DNA of 50,083 nt from Bdellovibrionales bacterium (lineage in GTDB: Bacteria > Bdellovibrionota > Bdellovibrionia > Bdellovibrionales > JAEYZS01): contig JANMFM010000121.1 in assembly GCA_031374125.1 (NCBI GenBank), forward strand, positions 1 to 50,083. Direction: 5' to 3'. The notes under the pieces are model-generated. The model had not been told where the DNA came from and ran no database searches. It saw only the letters and a list, made by a program, of their open reading frames with translations. How positions within the stretch are numbered: the first letter of the stretch is position 1; each line of letters begins with the position of its first letter. The translations under genes and the position numbers were made by a program. This document shows, piece by piece, positions 20,102-32,200 of this stretch.

Positions 20102-20989
20102 ATGGCAAAAGTTATATGCATAGCAAATCAAAAAGGTGGAGATGGAAAAACAACTACCTCGGTCAATCTCTCCGCAGCACTTGCAGAAATAGGAAGAAGG
20201 GTTTTGTTGGTGGACTTGGATCCTCAAGGCAACGCATCTAGTGGTTTAGGCGTTAAAAGACACGAGAACACGGATAGAAATGTTTATCACGTTCTTATTG
20301 GTGAGAAAAAAGTCGCAGATGTAAGACAAAAGACCAGTGTTCAAAATTTGGATATCATTGTGGCCAACAACGACTTAGTAGGAGCAGAAATTGAACTTGT
20401 TGACGCAGAAGGTCGAGAATTTAGATTAAAGCAGGCACTAAGTCTAGTTCTTGAAGAATATGACTATATATTGATCGACTGCCCTCCTTCATTAGGACTT
20501 TTAACACTAAATGCATTAGCAGCAAGCAATAGTTTTTTGGTTCCACTTCAATGTGAGTACTATGCTCTGGAAGGATTGAGTCAGCTATTGAATACAGCAG
20601 GCTTGGTTAAAAAAAGAATTAATCCAAATCTAAAAATTGAAGGAATTGTTTTAACCATGTTTGATACAAGAAACAATTTGAGCCATCAGGTTGTTACCGA
20701 AATCCAAACACACTTCGGAGATAAGGTTTTTAAATCTATTATACCAAGAAATGTAAGACTGAGCGAGGCCCCATCACACGGAAGGTCCATCATTCATTAC
20801 GATAACAAGTCTGTTGGTGCCTTGAAATATATAGAGCTTGCGCAAGAACTTGATAATCAAGTTTATGGCAGCCGTACAGCTCCAGCGCCACAAATTACAG
20901 AAGAACAATTGCATGAAGCGCAACTAAACAATCATATGATAGAATCAAGCGACCTAACGACAAACGATCAAGGGGAAGTAAATGTCTAA
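20102..20989 (+). CDS. parA: Chromosome partitioning ATPase ParA/Soj
   Basis: Deviant Walker A NQKGGDGKTTT, then LLVDLDPQGN, DYILIDCPPSLG and IPRNVRLSEAPSHG. A non-conserved C-terminal tail of about 40 aa follows. Confidence 0.94.
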   Translation: MAKVICIANQKGGDGKTTTSVNLSAALAEIGRRVLLVDLDPQGNASSGLGVKRHENTDRNVYHVLIGEKKVADVRQKTSVQNLDIIVANNDLVGAEIELVDAEGREFRLKQALSLVLEEYDYILIDCPPSLGLLTLNALAASNSFLVPLQCEYYALEGLSQLLNTAGLVKKRINPNLKIEGIVLTMFDTRNNLSHQVVTEIQTHFGDKVFKSIIPRNVRLSEAPSHGRSIIHYDNKSVGALKYIELAQELDNQVYGSRTAPAPQITEEQLHEAQLNNHMIESSDLTTNDQGEVNV

Positions 20990-21971
20990 TCTAGAAAAAA
21001 ATAATCAATCAAAAGGTTTGGGTAGAGGGCTAGGAAGTTTGTTTGGATCAGAGCTTTCTCAAGACAGCGCCAAGAGCGTGCTTACTGGTTTAAGTGAACA
21101 ATCCAAAATTGAAGAGAAAAAAGTAGAGCCTGTAGTTATCGAGACCCCGGTTCCAATAGTTGTGGCGCCAGTAGCGCGAGTTTCTGACGAAGACAGAATC
21201 TGGCAAATTCCAGTTGAGAAATTAAAAATTAATAATTTTCAGCCGAGAAAACATTTTGATAAAGAAAAAATCACCGAACTTTCTTTATCAATTAAAGAAC
21301 AAGGTATTTTACAACCTATCGTTGCTCGCCGTTCAATTAAGGGTGATTTCGAAATTATTGCAGGCGAAAGAAGATGGAGAGCAGCTCAGGCGGCGGGACT
21401 TTTAGAAGTTCCAGTTATCCTAAAAGATATTGATGATCAAAAATCTTTAGAATTAGCGTTAATTGAAAACATTCAAAGAGAAAATCTAAATGCGATCGAA
21501 GAAGCAGAGGCTTACGAACAATTGGCTCGAGAATTTCACCTTACTCAACAGCAGATTTCTGAAAAAGTTGGTAAGGAAAGAGCAACGGTTGCTAACTCAT
21601 TAAGACTTTTAACTCTGATCCCAGAAGTAAGGAATATGATCATTGCGGGAGAAATCACCGCAGGTCATGCGAAAGCACTGCTTGCGATTACAGATCCAGA
21701 TGCTCAGAAAGCAGTAGCCAAGAAGATCGCCTCAGAAAAACTAACGGTTCGGGCTGCGGAAAAACTCATCAGATCGGCGACCAAAACAAAAGAAGCTCAG
21801 GTTAAGGATGAAACTACTGAGGGCTTAATTTCTCTAATGGGCGAAGACATTCAAAAAACTCTAGGTACAAAGATTAAAATCGATTACACTGATGGTGCTG
21901 GTAAAATCTCTATCTTTTTCTATTCAGATGCAGAGTTTAACCAAATCACAGACAGATTAAAACGCGGGTAA
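20982..21971 (+). CDS. parB: Chromosome partitioning protein ParB/Spo0J
   Basis: N-terminal GLGRGLGSL motif, ParB box FQPRK and GERRWRAA, and an HTH region. Overlaps the parA end by 8 nt. Confidence 0.94.
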   Translation: MSNLEKNNQSKGLGRGLGSLFGSELSQDSAKSVLTGLSEQSKIEEKKVEPVVIETPVPIVVAPVARVSDEDRIWQIPVEKLKINNFQPRKHFDKEKITELSLSIKEQGILQPIVARRSIKGDFEIIAGERRWRAAQAAGLLEVPVILKDIDDQKSLELALIENIQRENLNAIEEAEAYEQLAREFHLTQQQISEKVGKERATVANSLRLLTLIPEVRNMIIAGEITAGHAKALLAITDPDAQKAVAKKIASEKLTVRAAEKLIRSATKTKEAQVKDETTEGLISLMGEDIQKTLGTKIKIDYTDGAGKISIFFYSDAEFNQITDRLKRG

Positions 21972-21987
21972 CCGGTAGGTAAATTTT

Positions 21988-22359
21988 GTGGAAACTTCGT
22001 TGGAACGAGTAAATCATTCTTTGGAGCCGAAAACGTTTGAACACGTGACGGCCCTTATTGATCAGGGAGCCTCATTTGAAGGTCAGCTGACTTTTGAGGG
22101 AACTGTAAGAATTGGTGGTAAATTCAAAGGCGAAATTTTTACGAAAGACACACTTATTATTGATGCTGGCGCCGAAGTGGAAGCGCAGATCGAAGCAGAT
22201 CTGGTTATCATTAGCGGAACCGTGAAAGGCAATATTTTTGCTCGCAGAAGAGTACAAATGTTTCCACCTGCAATTTTCAAAGGCACGGTAACTACGCCGA
22301 GCCTAAAGATTGAAGAAGGCGTTGTGTTCGAAGGCGCAACGCATATGCCCAAATCCTAA
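21988..22359 (+). CDS. Bactofilin-family polymer-forming cytoskeletal protein
   Basis: 123 aa with repetitive beta-helix-type sequence (I..G..FEG.L.FEGTVRIGG.F.GEI......I...A.V.A.I.A..V.ISG.V.GNI) typical of the bactofilin/DUF583 domain. GTG start. Confidence 0.8.
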   Translation: METSLERVNHSLEPKTFEHVTALIDQGASFEGQLTFEGTVRIGGKFKGEIFTKDTLIIDAGAEVEAQIEADLVIISGTVKGNIFARRRVQMFPPAIFKGTVTTPSLKIEEGVVFEGATHMPKS

Positions 22360-22460
22360 GGTCGAACGCTTCATATAGCTCCTAATCCTTGCCATCTATT
22401 TTCTGGGATGTTACTTACGTCTCTCGACCCGCATCTTATATATAGTATTAAGGATATTTA

Positions 22461-22901
22461 ATGGAAATACTCTCCAAACTAGGTATTGATCATACTTTTT
22501 TCTATCAGCTTATAATTTTTTGTATTGCGTACATTGCGTTGACGCGTCTTCTTTTTAAACCTTACTTAAAGGCATATCATAAAAGACTCGAAGTGACTTT
22601 CGGTAACCAAGAAGTTGCAGAAAAGTTAAATGCACAATCTCAAGAACTTCATATTCAGTATGAAAATAAAGCAAAAGAAGTGAACTCAAAAGCACAGTCT
22701 TATTATGAACAAGCACACAAAGAGGCTCAAGCTGTGCAGGCTTCAACAATTGAAAAAGCCAGAAAAGAAGCGGAAGCCCTGGTTCATAAAACTAGACAAG
22801 AAACTTTAGCTGAAGCAGATAAAGCGAGAACAGCATTAAAAAAATTAATTCCTGAACTCAGTCATGACATTCAAAGAAAAGTATTAAGCAGGGAAGTTTA
22901 G
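22461..22901 (+). CDS. F0F1 ATP synthase subunit b' (b-family paralogue)
   Basis: Single N-terminal TM helix followed by a long charged helix rich in A/E/K/Q. It is the first gene of the b'-b-delta-alpha-gamma-beta-epsilon run. Confidence 0.8.
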   Translation: MEILSKLGIDHTFFYQLIIFCIAYIALTRLLFKPYLKAYHKRLEVTFGNQEVAEKLNAQSQELHIQYENKAKEVNSKAQSYYEQAHKEAQAVQASTIEKARKEAEALVHKTRQETLAEADKARTALKKLIPELSHDIQRKVLSREV

Positions 22902-22904
22902 AAA

Positions 22905-23492
22905 ATGAAGTTTATATTATCAACACTCATCATCTTGGTTTCGATGTTAGGTTCGATGTTAGGTTCGATGGCAGCAATGGCCGCTTCCGGTGTGCAAGGA
23001 GAGGAACACGGAGAAATTCCATTTGTTGTTGTTTATCAGGCTATCAATGTCACTCTTTTGGTTGCTCTTCTGTATGGACTAACGAGAAAGAAAGTTAGAG
23101 TTTATTTCACCGCTAGACTTGAAACTCATGAGCAGGCTAAGAAATCAGCTCAAAAAGCCTTTGCGGATGCTCAAGAAAGGCATGCAGAAGTTTCTAAAAA
23201 ACTTCAAGATTTACATGCAGACGAGAGATCTACAATTGAGAAAGCTCAAGCTGAAGCAATGCTTTTAAAATCAAAGTTAATTCAAGAAGCAGAATTGTTA
23301 GCAACAAATATTGTAACAGACGCGAAAAAAACAGCGCAGTACGAATTTGAAAAAGCAAAACAAGATCTTCGTAAGGAAGCTTTTGAAGAAGCTCTTAAGC
23401 TTGCGAGAACAGATATTGAAAAAAATCTGAACGAAAAAGATCAAAAAAATCTTCAAAGACAATTTGTTGATAACATCGGGACGGTACAATGA
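22905..23492 (+). CDS. atpF: F0F1 ATP synthase subunit b
   Basis: N-terminal hydrophobic segments, then a long A/E/K/Q-rich helix. Immediately precedes atpH, with an ATGA overlap. Confidence 0.85.
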   Translation: MKFILSTLIILVSMLGSMLGSMAAMAASGVQGEEHGEIPFVVVYQAINVTLLVALLYGLTRKKVRVYFTARLETHEQAKKSAQKAFADAQERHAEVSKKLQDLHADERSTIEKAQAEAMLLKSKLIQEAELLATNIVTDAKKTAQYEFEKAKQDLRKEAFEEALKLARTDIEKNLNEKDQKNLQRQFVDNIGTVQ

Positions 23493-24031
23493 AAGCAAAC
23501 TCTGAAGTAGCAAAGAGATATGCAAAAGCTTTGTTTGAGGCTCTCGGCGGAACAAAGACAGAACAAGCTCTTAAAGATTTAAGACAAGCTCAAAGTATTT
23601 TGAGCCAAGAAAAACTCAAAGATCTTCTGTCTTCTCCGGTATTGTCTAGAAAAGAAAAAGTTTTGGTCGTTGAGCAATCAATTGCTTCCATGAATCTTGG
23701 AAACGAAGTTCAAAATCTTTTAAAGCTTTTGGCCACAAAAGATAGAATCGGGTCACTAGATGGTGTGGTTTCAAGTTTTGAAACTATTAGCGACGAAAAA
23801 AACAACGTTTTAAGAGGTGTGGTTTCTTCATCTGAAAAACTATCAGATAAAGACAAATCGGAAATTGAAGACGCAATCTCAAAATTCACGGGCAACCAAC
23901 TTCTTTTGGAATATAAGGAAGATCCAAAATTGGTGGGCGGAGTTTTGGCGCAAGTTGGAAGCTACACTTTCGACGGAACACTAGAAACACAGCTAACAAA
24001 ATTAAAAGAACAAGTAAACAGAGCAAATTAA
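23489..24031 (+). CDS. atpH: F0F1 ATP synthase subunit delta (OSCP)
   Basis: 180 aa starting ...VAKRYAKALFE, a typical OSCP/delta N-terminus. Positioned between b and alpha. Confidence 0.9.
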   Translation: MKANSEVAKRYAKALFEALGGTKTEQALKDLRQAQSILSQEKLKDLLSSPVLSRKEKVLVVEQSIASMNLGNEVQNLLKLLATKDRIGSLDGVVSSFETISDEKNNVLRGVVSSSEKLSDKDKSEIEDAISKFTGNQLLLEYKEDPKLVGGVLAQVGSYTFDGTLETQLTKLKEQVNRAN

Positions 24032-24083
24032 TAAGAATGGTTACCAAGAGCAACAGCTCTTGGTGCAACAGGAGTAGATCTAA

Positions 24084-25592
<1,509 letters not shown>

Positions 25593-25617
25593 CCGGATTT
25601 TTCTAAAGGAAATTTAA

Positions 25618-27898
<2,281 letters not shown>

Positions 27899-27914
27899 GA
27901 AAAGGTTCGGTATT

Positions 27915-28322
27915 ATGTTGAAACTGACGGTAGTTACTCCAGAGAAAAAATTAGTTACGGACGTTGAGGTCGATGACCTCCTCGTTCCGGGATATCGCGG
28001 AGAGCTCAATATTCTAACGGGGCATGCTCCTTTGATGACAACGCTTTCTACAGGCGTTGTTCAATTCAAAAGAAAAGGTTCTAACGTAACAGAAAGAATA
28101 GCTGTGAGCTGGGGTTACTGTGAAGTTGCCAACGATGTGGTGAACATCCTTGCTGAAACGGCGGAAGTGCCAGCGGAAATCGATCTTTCAAGAGCGGAAA
28201 ACTCTTTCAAAAATTCTGAGAAAGCACTTTCGGGCGACGTCGGTGGCGATGAGCTTGAAAAGTATAGGCTGAAAAGAGAGAGAGCGCTGGTTCGTATCTC
28301 AGTTGCGCGCATCAATCATTAA
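27915..28322 (+). CDS. atpC: F0F1 ATP synthase subunit epsilon
   Basis: 135 aa. The N-terminal beta-sandwich sequence (L.VVTPEK.......V....VPG..GELNIL.GHAPL) is followed by a helical C-terminus. Confidence 0.93.
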   Translation: MLKLTVVTPEKKLVTDVEVDDLLVPGYRGELNILTGHAPLMTTLSTGVVQFKRKGSNVTERIAVSWGYCEVANDVVNILAETAEVPAEIDLSRAENSFKNSEKALSGDVGGDELEKYRLKRERALVRISVARINH

Positions 28323-28325
28323 TCT

Positions 28326-29027
28326 GTGAAATTAAAATCAAAGTTAACCAAAATTGCGTGGCCTGAAAACAAAGAGTTTATTTATAAACTCTCGGGTCTC
28401 GGCGGTTCTGGAGAGCTAAGTCTTACGTTTGGCGCAATCGCTGATCAATATTCTGTTCACGTCAAGTGCACCGCAAAAGTTTCTATCCTGGCCTCGTTTC
28501 ATTTTGAAGGCTTATCTGTCTGGGAAAAAACAGATGAAGGATTTGATTTTCTGACTTATGAAGAGAAAGATTTCTCAAAAAACATTCATAAAAAATGGGA
28601 AATGCTCGCGGACGGCTTGAATTACATTGAAAACAAAAAAGGCTTAGTTCTAGAGAGAGAAGTTCAGTATTTTAATACTCCAGAAAATATTTCTACGATT
28701 TTTGATCCGATCAGCGCCGCGACAGTGGCACTGATTGAGAATCCAAATCGCGATGTAAATATTTTTGGTAAGCAAAGAATCCTTCAGTTGAAAACACAAA
28801 AACAAGGCAATGAACTCAAAATTGAAACCCTTGAAGGTCTAAATCCAACATGGATGAAGATTCTTTCTGGCTCCCAAATCGTATTGAATGATAAGAATAT
28901 CATTCAAGAAATAGAAATTCCCTCGCCAATTCAAATTGGAAAGCTGAAGATGAAATTTGCAGAAGAAAAATCGGTGAATGAACAATCTATCGCATCAAAA
29001 ATCACTGAATTCAGAAAAGAAAATTAA
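28326..29027 (+). CDS. Hypothetical protein appended to the atp operon
   Basis: 233-aa ORF with a GTG start 3 nt after the atpC stop. I recognise no motif; the sequence looks beta-rich. Confidence 0.5.
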   Translation: MKLKSKLTKIAWPENKEFIYKLSGLGGSGELSLTFGAIADQYSVHVKCTAKVSILASFHFEGLSVWEKTDEGFDFLTYEEKDFSKNIHKKWEMLADGLNYIENKKGLVLEREVQYFNTPENISTIFDPISAATVALIENPNRDVNIFGKQRILQLKTQKQGNELKIETLEGLNPTWMKILSGSQIVLNDKNIIQEIEIPSPIQIGKLKMKFAEEKSVNEQSIASKITEFRKEN

Positions 29028-29028
29028 A

Positions 29029-30744
29029 TCAATCACCAGTCGTTACTTTTGATGAGGAAAGTCCGCGCTCAAGATTTGATTCCATCGTTGAATAGCTATC
29101 CAAATAAGATCCTAAGTAACTTCCTACATCAGCGTGCTTCATTGATAATTGGAGTACATCCAAGAAATCTTTTTCGTTTTTAATTGAGCCCAAATATCTT
29201 GAGTTAAGAATAATTGAGCGTCTTTTTAGCTGGGCAGGCAATGCGTTGGCCACCAGGGTGCTGAATGGACCCGAAACGTTCACGATCACGAGCGAGGATT
29301 TATTTAAAGAACCTGCATGGTTTTTGATGGTGAAGTCTTTAGTGAGAGGTAGAAAATTAGATTTGTGACGGTAAGAAGATTTAAATTTCTTATAAAATTC
29401 ATAATCCGCTGAAACTACGGTGACGTGATTGAGATTTAAAGAATCTTTTTTATCTCCGAGTCTATGAAGTTCTTGATTCATGATTTTTTCAAAAATATTA
29501 TCTACAGGCTCTTTTAGAGTATTGTCTCTAAGTTTTGCGATAATGACTTTTGGATTTGGTTTTGCCAAGGGCTTATTCAAACTCATCGATAGCTTAAGAC
29601 TCAAAATCTTTTTTAGTGAAGAATTGAGTCTTTCCTGAGAGATCTCTCCGCTCTTATAGGCTTTCAGTAAACCTGCATAAGCTTTTCTTTGTGAAAATTT
29701 ATTCCAGGCAACCATAAGCACATCATTTCCTGCCAAGAACGCTTGCACCGCGCGCTCCTCAGGAGTTTTGTAGAATTTTGCTCCGGCCATTTCTACATCG
29801 TCAGTCATAATCAAACCAGAAAATTTAATATTATTTTTAAGAATATTAATTATTGGAGCAGAGAAAGTTGCGGGCTTGAGGCTTGGATCAAGTTCGGGGT
29901 AAACCAAGTGAGTCATCATAACAGCAGAGATGGATTTTTCTTTAGAAAGCTCTTCGTAGGGTTTTATGTATTTAGAAAAAAACTCCTGTTTGGTAACGTT
30001 GTTGTGTACGACGCTTTTATGAGAGTCTTCCTTCATATGTCCTAAACCCGGAAAATGTTTTGCGGTTGAAACAACCCCGGAAGATTGAACGCCTCTTGCA
30101 AATTCATTAGAAATTTTAGCTACATCAATAGGATTATTCCCAAAAGATCTTGTTTGGATAAAAGATATTTTTTCAGGGTCAGACAAATCTAAAACTGGAG
30201 CAAGATTCATGTGAATTCCAAGAACACTTAAAACTTCTCCAACATATTTCCCAATGTTGAATGTACTTTCTAGATCAAAGCTTCGCCCCAGGGCCATGGC
30301 AGTAGGAAGAGAAGGCTTTGTGGGAATTCTCACCACGTCACCACCTTCTTGATCCACGGCCACGAGCATTTGCATTGAAGATGTCTTTAGAGATTGAGTT
30401 TGTACATTGTAAATTAAACTTGCGGTTTGGAGGGGTGTAATAATGTTTTTTCTAAATAGAATTAAAAACCCGGGCTTTATATTTTGAATTCTCTTTTGTA
30501 AATTTGGAGTCATTTGTGATTCAAGAATTCCTATCATCATCAATTGACCTATTTTTTGCTCGGCAGTCATCCTTGCGATTAGTTCGTCCACATTAATTCG
30601 GGGCTCAATAGATTCTTCTTCTATGGTAACATCAGATTGGTCGTTGGTCTTGGTATCTAGTGAAAGGGCTGGTGTGGGCATTGTTGTAATGAACAACACC
30701 AGGTTAATGGCCAGCGATAAGAGAAAGACGTAACTAACTTTCAT
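29029..30744 (-). CDS. Secreted glycoside hydrolase family 3 beta-N-acetylhexosaminidase (NagZ-like) with an extra C-terminal domain
   Basis: Signal peptide. GH3 N-domain motifs KIGQLMMIG, VDQEGGDVVRIP, AKHFPGLGH and IMTDDVEMAGA. At 571 aa it is longer than cytoplasmic NagZ. Confidence 0.85.
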   Translation of the reverse strand: MKVSYVFLLSLAINLVLFITTMPTPALSLDTKTNDQSDVTIEEESIEPRINVDELIARMTAEQKIGQLMMIGILESQMTPNLQKRIQNIKPGFLILFRKNIITPLQTASLIYNVQTQSLKTSSMQMLVAVDQEGGDVVRIPTKPSLPTAMALGRSFDLESTFNIGKYVGEVLSVLGIHMNLAPVLDLSDPEKISFIQTRSFGNNPIDVAKISNEFARGVQSSGVVSTAKHFPGLGHMKEDSHKSVVHNNVTKQEFFSKYIKPYEELSKEKSISAVMMTHLVYPELDPSLKPATFSAPIINILKNNIKFSGLIMTDDVEMAGAKFYKTPEERAVQAFLAGNDVLMVAWNKFSQRKAYAGLLKAYKSGEISQERLNSSLKKILSLKLSMSLNKPLAKPNPKVIIAKLRDNTLKEPVDNIFEKIMNQELHRLGDKKDSLNLNHVTVVSADYEFYKKFKSSYRHKSNFLPLTKDFTIKNHAGSLNKSSLVIVNVSGPFSTLVANALPAQLKRRSIILNSRYLGSIKNEKDFLDVLQLSMKHADVGSYLGSYLDSYSTMESNLERGLSSSKVTTGD

Positions 30745-30808
30745 CTATAATTACATCTTAATGTTCATTTTCTATTCTTATATAAAAAAAGTTATCTATA
30801 ATAGAAAA

Positions 30809-32191
30809 ATGCACCAAGGTCTGACAGCTAAGATTTTAATGAGCACAATATTGTTATTGGCATTTCATGCCATCCCGACACAATGTCTGGCTCAACTCAA
30901 TAACTCCGATGAAATCATTGAAACGATTGAAGACATTCAAATTCAAGACGATAGCGGCTCAAAGAAAAAAGAAGATCATCCCAGCAAGCCCAAATTTGAT
31001 GAAGAGTTTGGAAAGAAGCAGTCTATCCCTAAAGAAGAAATCGAAGAACAAGATATTGCCGCTCCAGAAAAATCAGAATCTGAAGAACAAAAGGCAGATC
31101 GCAAAGAAATAAAGGAAGAGGATAGAAAATCTTACGAAAATGAATTAGAGAAGAATGCTCAAAAAAATAGATTTGAGAGACGCGAAATATCCCCAGAAGA
31201 TCTAAAGCGTTTCGAAGTCGATGCGCCGGCTCAAGAAGTGCCACCACCAGTCGTTGGGTCCCCACAAGAACCACAGCCGGCAGAGCCAATGGATCCTGAA
31301 GAACAAATAGAGCAAGAAGTCACAGACATTCCAGAAGAAAACATTGAGGAAGAAGTAGAATCTGTTTCTACAGAGAGTAGGCCTACAGAAATTACTCCAG
31401 AAGAGCCTGTGGGATCTGCGATTTATTATCCCCCAGAAGAAATCGGGCCAACAATTTCTTATCAAAATGAGAAAAAATTAACAGATGAGCAAATTAAAAA
31501 CCTATCCGAAAAAACAAAAGTGGAAATCGAAGATGATCCTTATGTTGAAGGTACAGTTTCAAAAAGAGTTGGTGATTACTTAAAATCATTTAAAGAAAGA
31601 CGTCCGCCGTGGACATATCAAATTTCTGTCGGAGCAAATCAGTTTGTTCCAATAAATTATGAATCCGATGCCATGGGAACCGCAGAATATTTCGAGGATT
31701 TTTATGATGATTCAGCAGTTCCTTCGCCGGAAATCTCTTTTGAATTCAAAAAGAATTTTTCATGGGCATCAATTGCTATGGGAGTTGTGGCATCGTACTA
31801 CAGCACCTCTATAACGGATTCAGATTTTACGCTCACAATGCCCTCAGTAGAAGTAACGGTATATCTCGACACATTATTTGATGAGCCTTACGTAGTTCCT
31901 TATGGAACTCTTGGTTATACATACATGATGTATGATGAGAAAAACAAAGCATTGGACATCGCATTTAAAGGTGAGACAGACAATGTCTATGCAAGCTTAG
32001 GAATTTTGATTCAGCTGGATTGGCTAGATCCAAACTCAGACACCCTTGCCTATACCGATATGGGAATTGAGAATACATTTCTTTACGTTGAGGGCAGAAC
32101 TTATTTAGATCAAGGATTTATACGCTCCGAAGAGGACCCTGACTTCTCGACCTCAACCCATGTGGCAGGCGGAATAAAACTGGAATTTTAA
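30809..32191 (+). CDS. Secreted protein with a highly acidic E/P-rich N-terminal region and a beta-barrel-like C-terminal domain
   Basis: Signal-like segment ILMSTILLLAFHAIPTQCLAQ. It is followed by about 200 aa of E/D/K/P low complexity. The C-terminal roughly 200 aa have alternating hydrophobic strands and end in ...GGIKLEF, a terminal Phe as in outer-membrane barrels. I chose the ATG at 30809 over 30761. Confidence 0.55.
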   Translation: MHQGLTAKILMSTILLLAFHAIPTQCLAQLNNSDEIIETIEDIQIQDDSGSKKKEDHPSKPKFDEEFGKKQSIPKEEIEEQDIAAPEKSESEEQKADRKEIKEEDRKSYENELEKNAQKNRFERREISPEDLKRFEVDAPAQEVPPPVVGSPQEPQPAEPMDPEEQIEQEVTDIPEENIEEEVESVSTESRPTEITPEEPVGSAIYYPPEEIGPTISYQNEKKLTDEQIKNLSEKTKVEIEDDPYVEGTVSKRVGDYLKSFKERRPPWTYQISVGANQFVPINYESDAMGTAEYFEDFYDDSAVPSPEISFEFKKNFSWASIAMGVVASYYSTSITDSDFTLTMPSVEVTVYLDTLFDEPYVVPYGTLGYTYMMYDEKNKALDIAFKGETDNVYASLGILIQLDWLDPNSDTLAYTDMGIENTFLYVEGRTYLDQGFIRSEEDPDFSTSTHVAGGIKLEF

Positions 32192-32200
32192 ATCTAGAAT

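Noticed and set aside
20132-20152. ParA Walker A reads KGGDGKT instead of the usual KGGVGKT
   Set aside because: The fourth position of the deviant Walker A (KGGxxK[ST]) is variable among ParA/MinD proteins, and all catalytic residues are intact. This is probably lineage variation rather than a functional anomaly.
19985-20227. 80-aa minus-strand ORF across the parS site and the parA start
   Set aside because: It overlaps the parA 5' end and the parS palindrome. The translation is Cys-rich, shows no motifs and has no RBS.
30867-31465. ORFs 30867-31112 (+), 31029-31289 (-) and 31202-31465 (-) inside the acidic-protein gene
   Set aside because: These are artefacts of the GAA/GAG-rich low-complexity region, which stays open in several frames.
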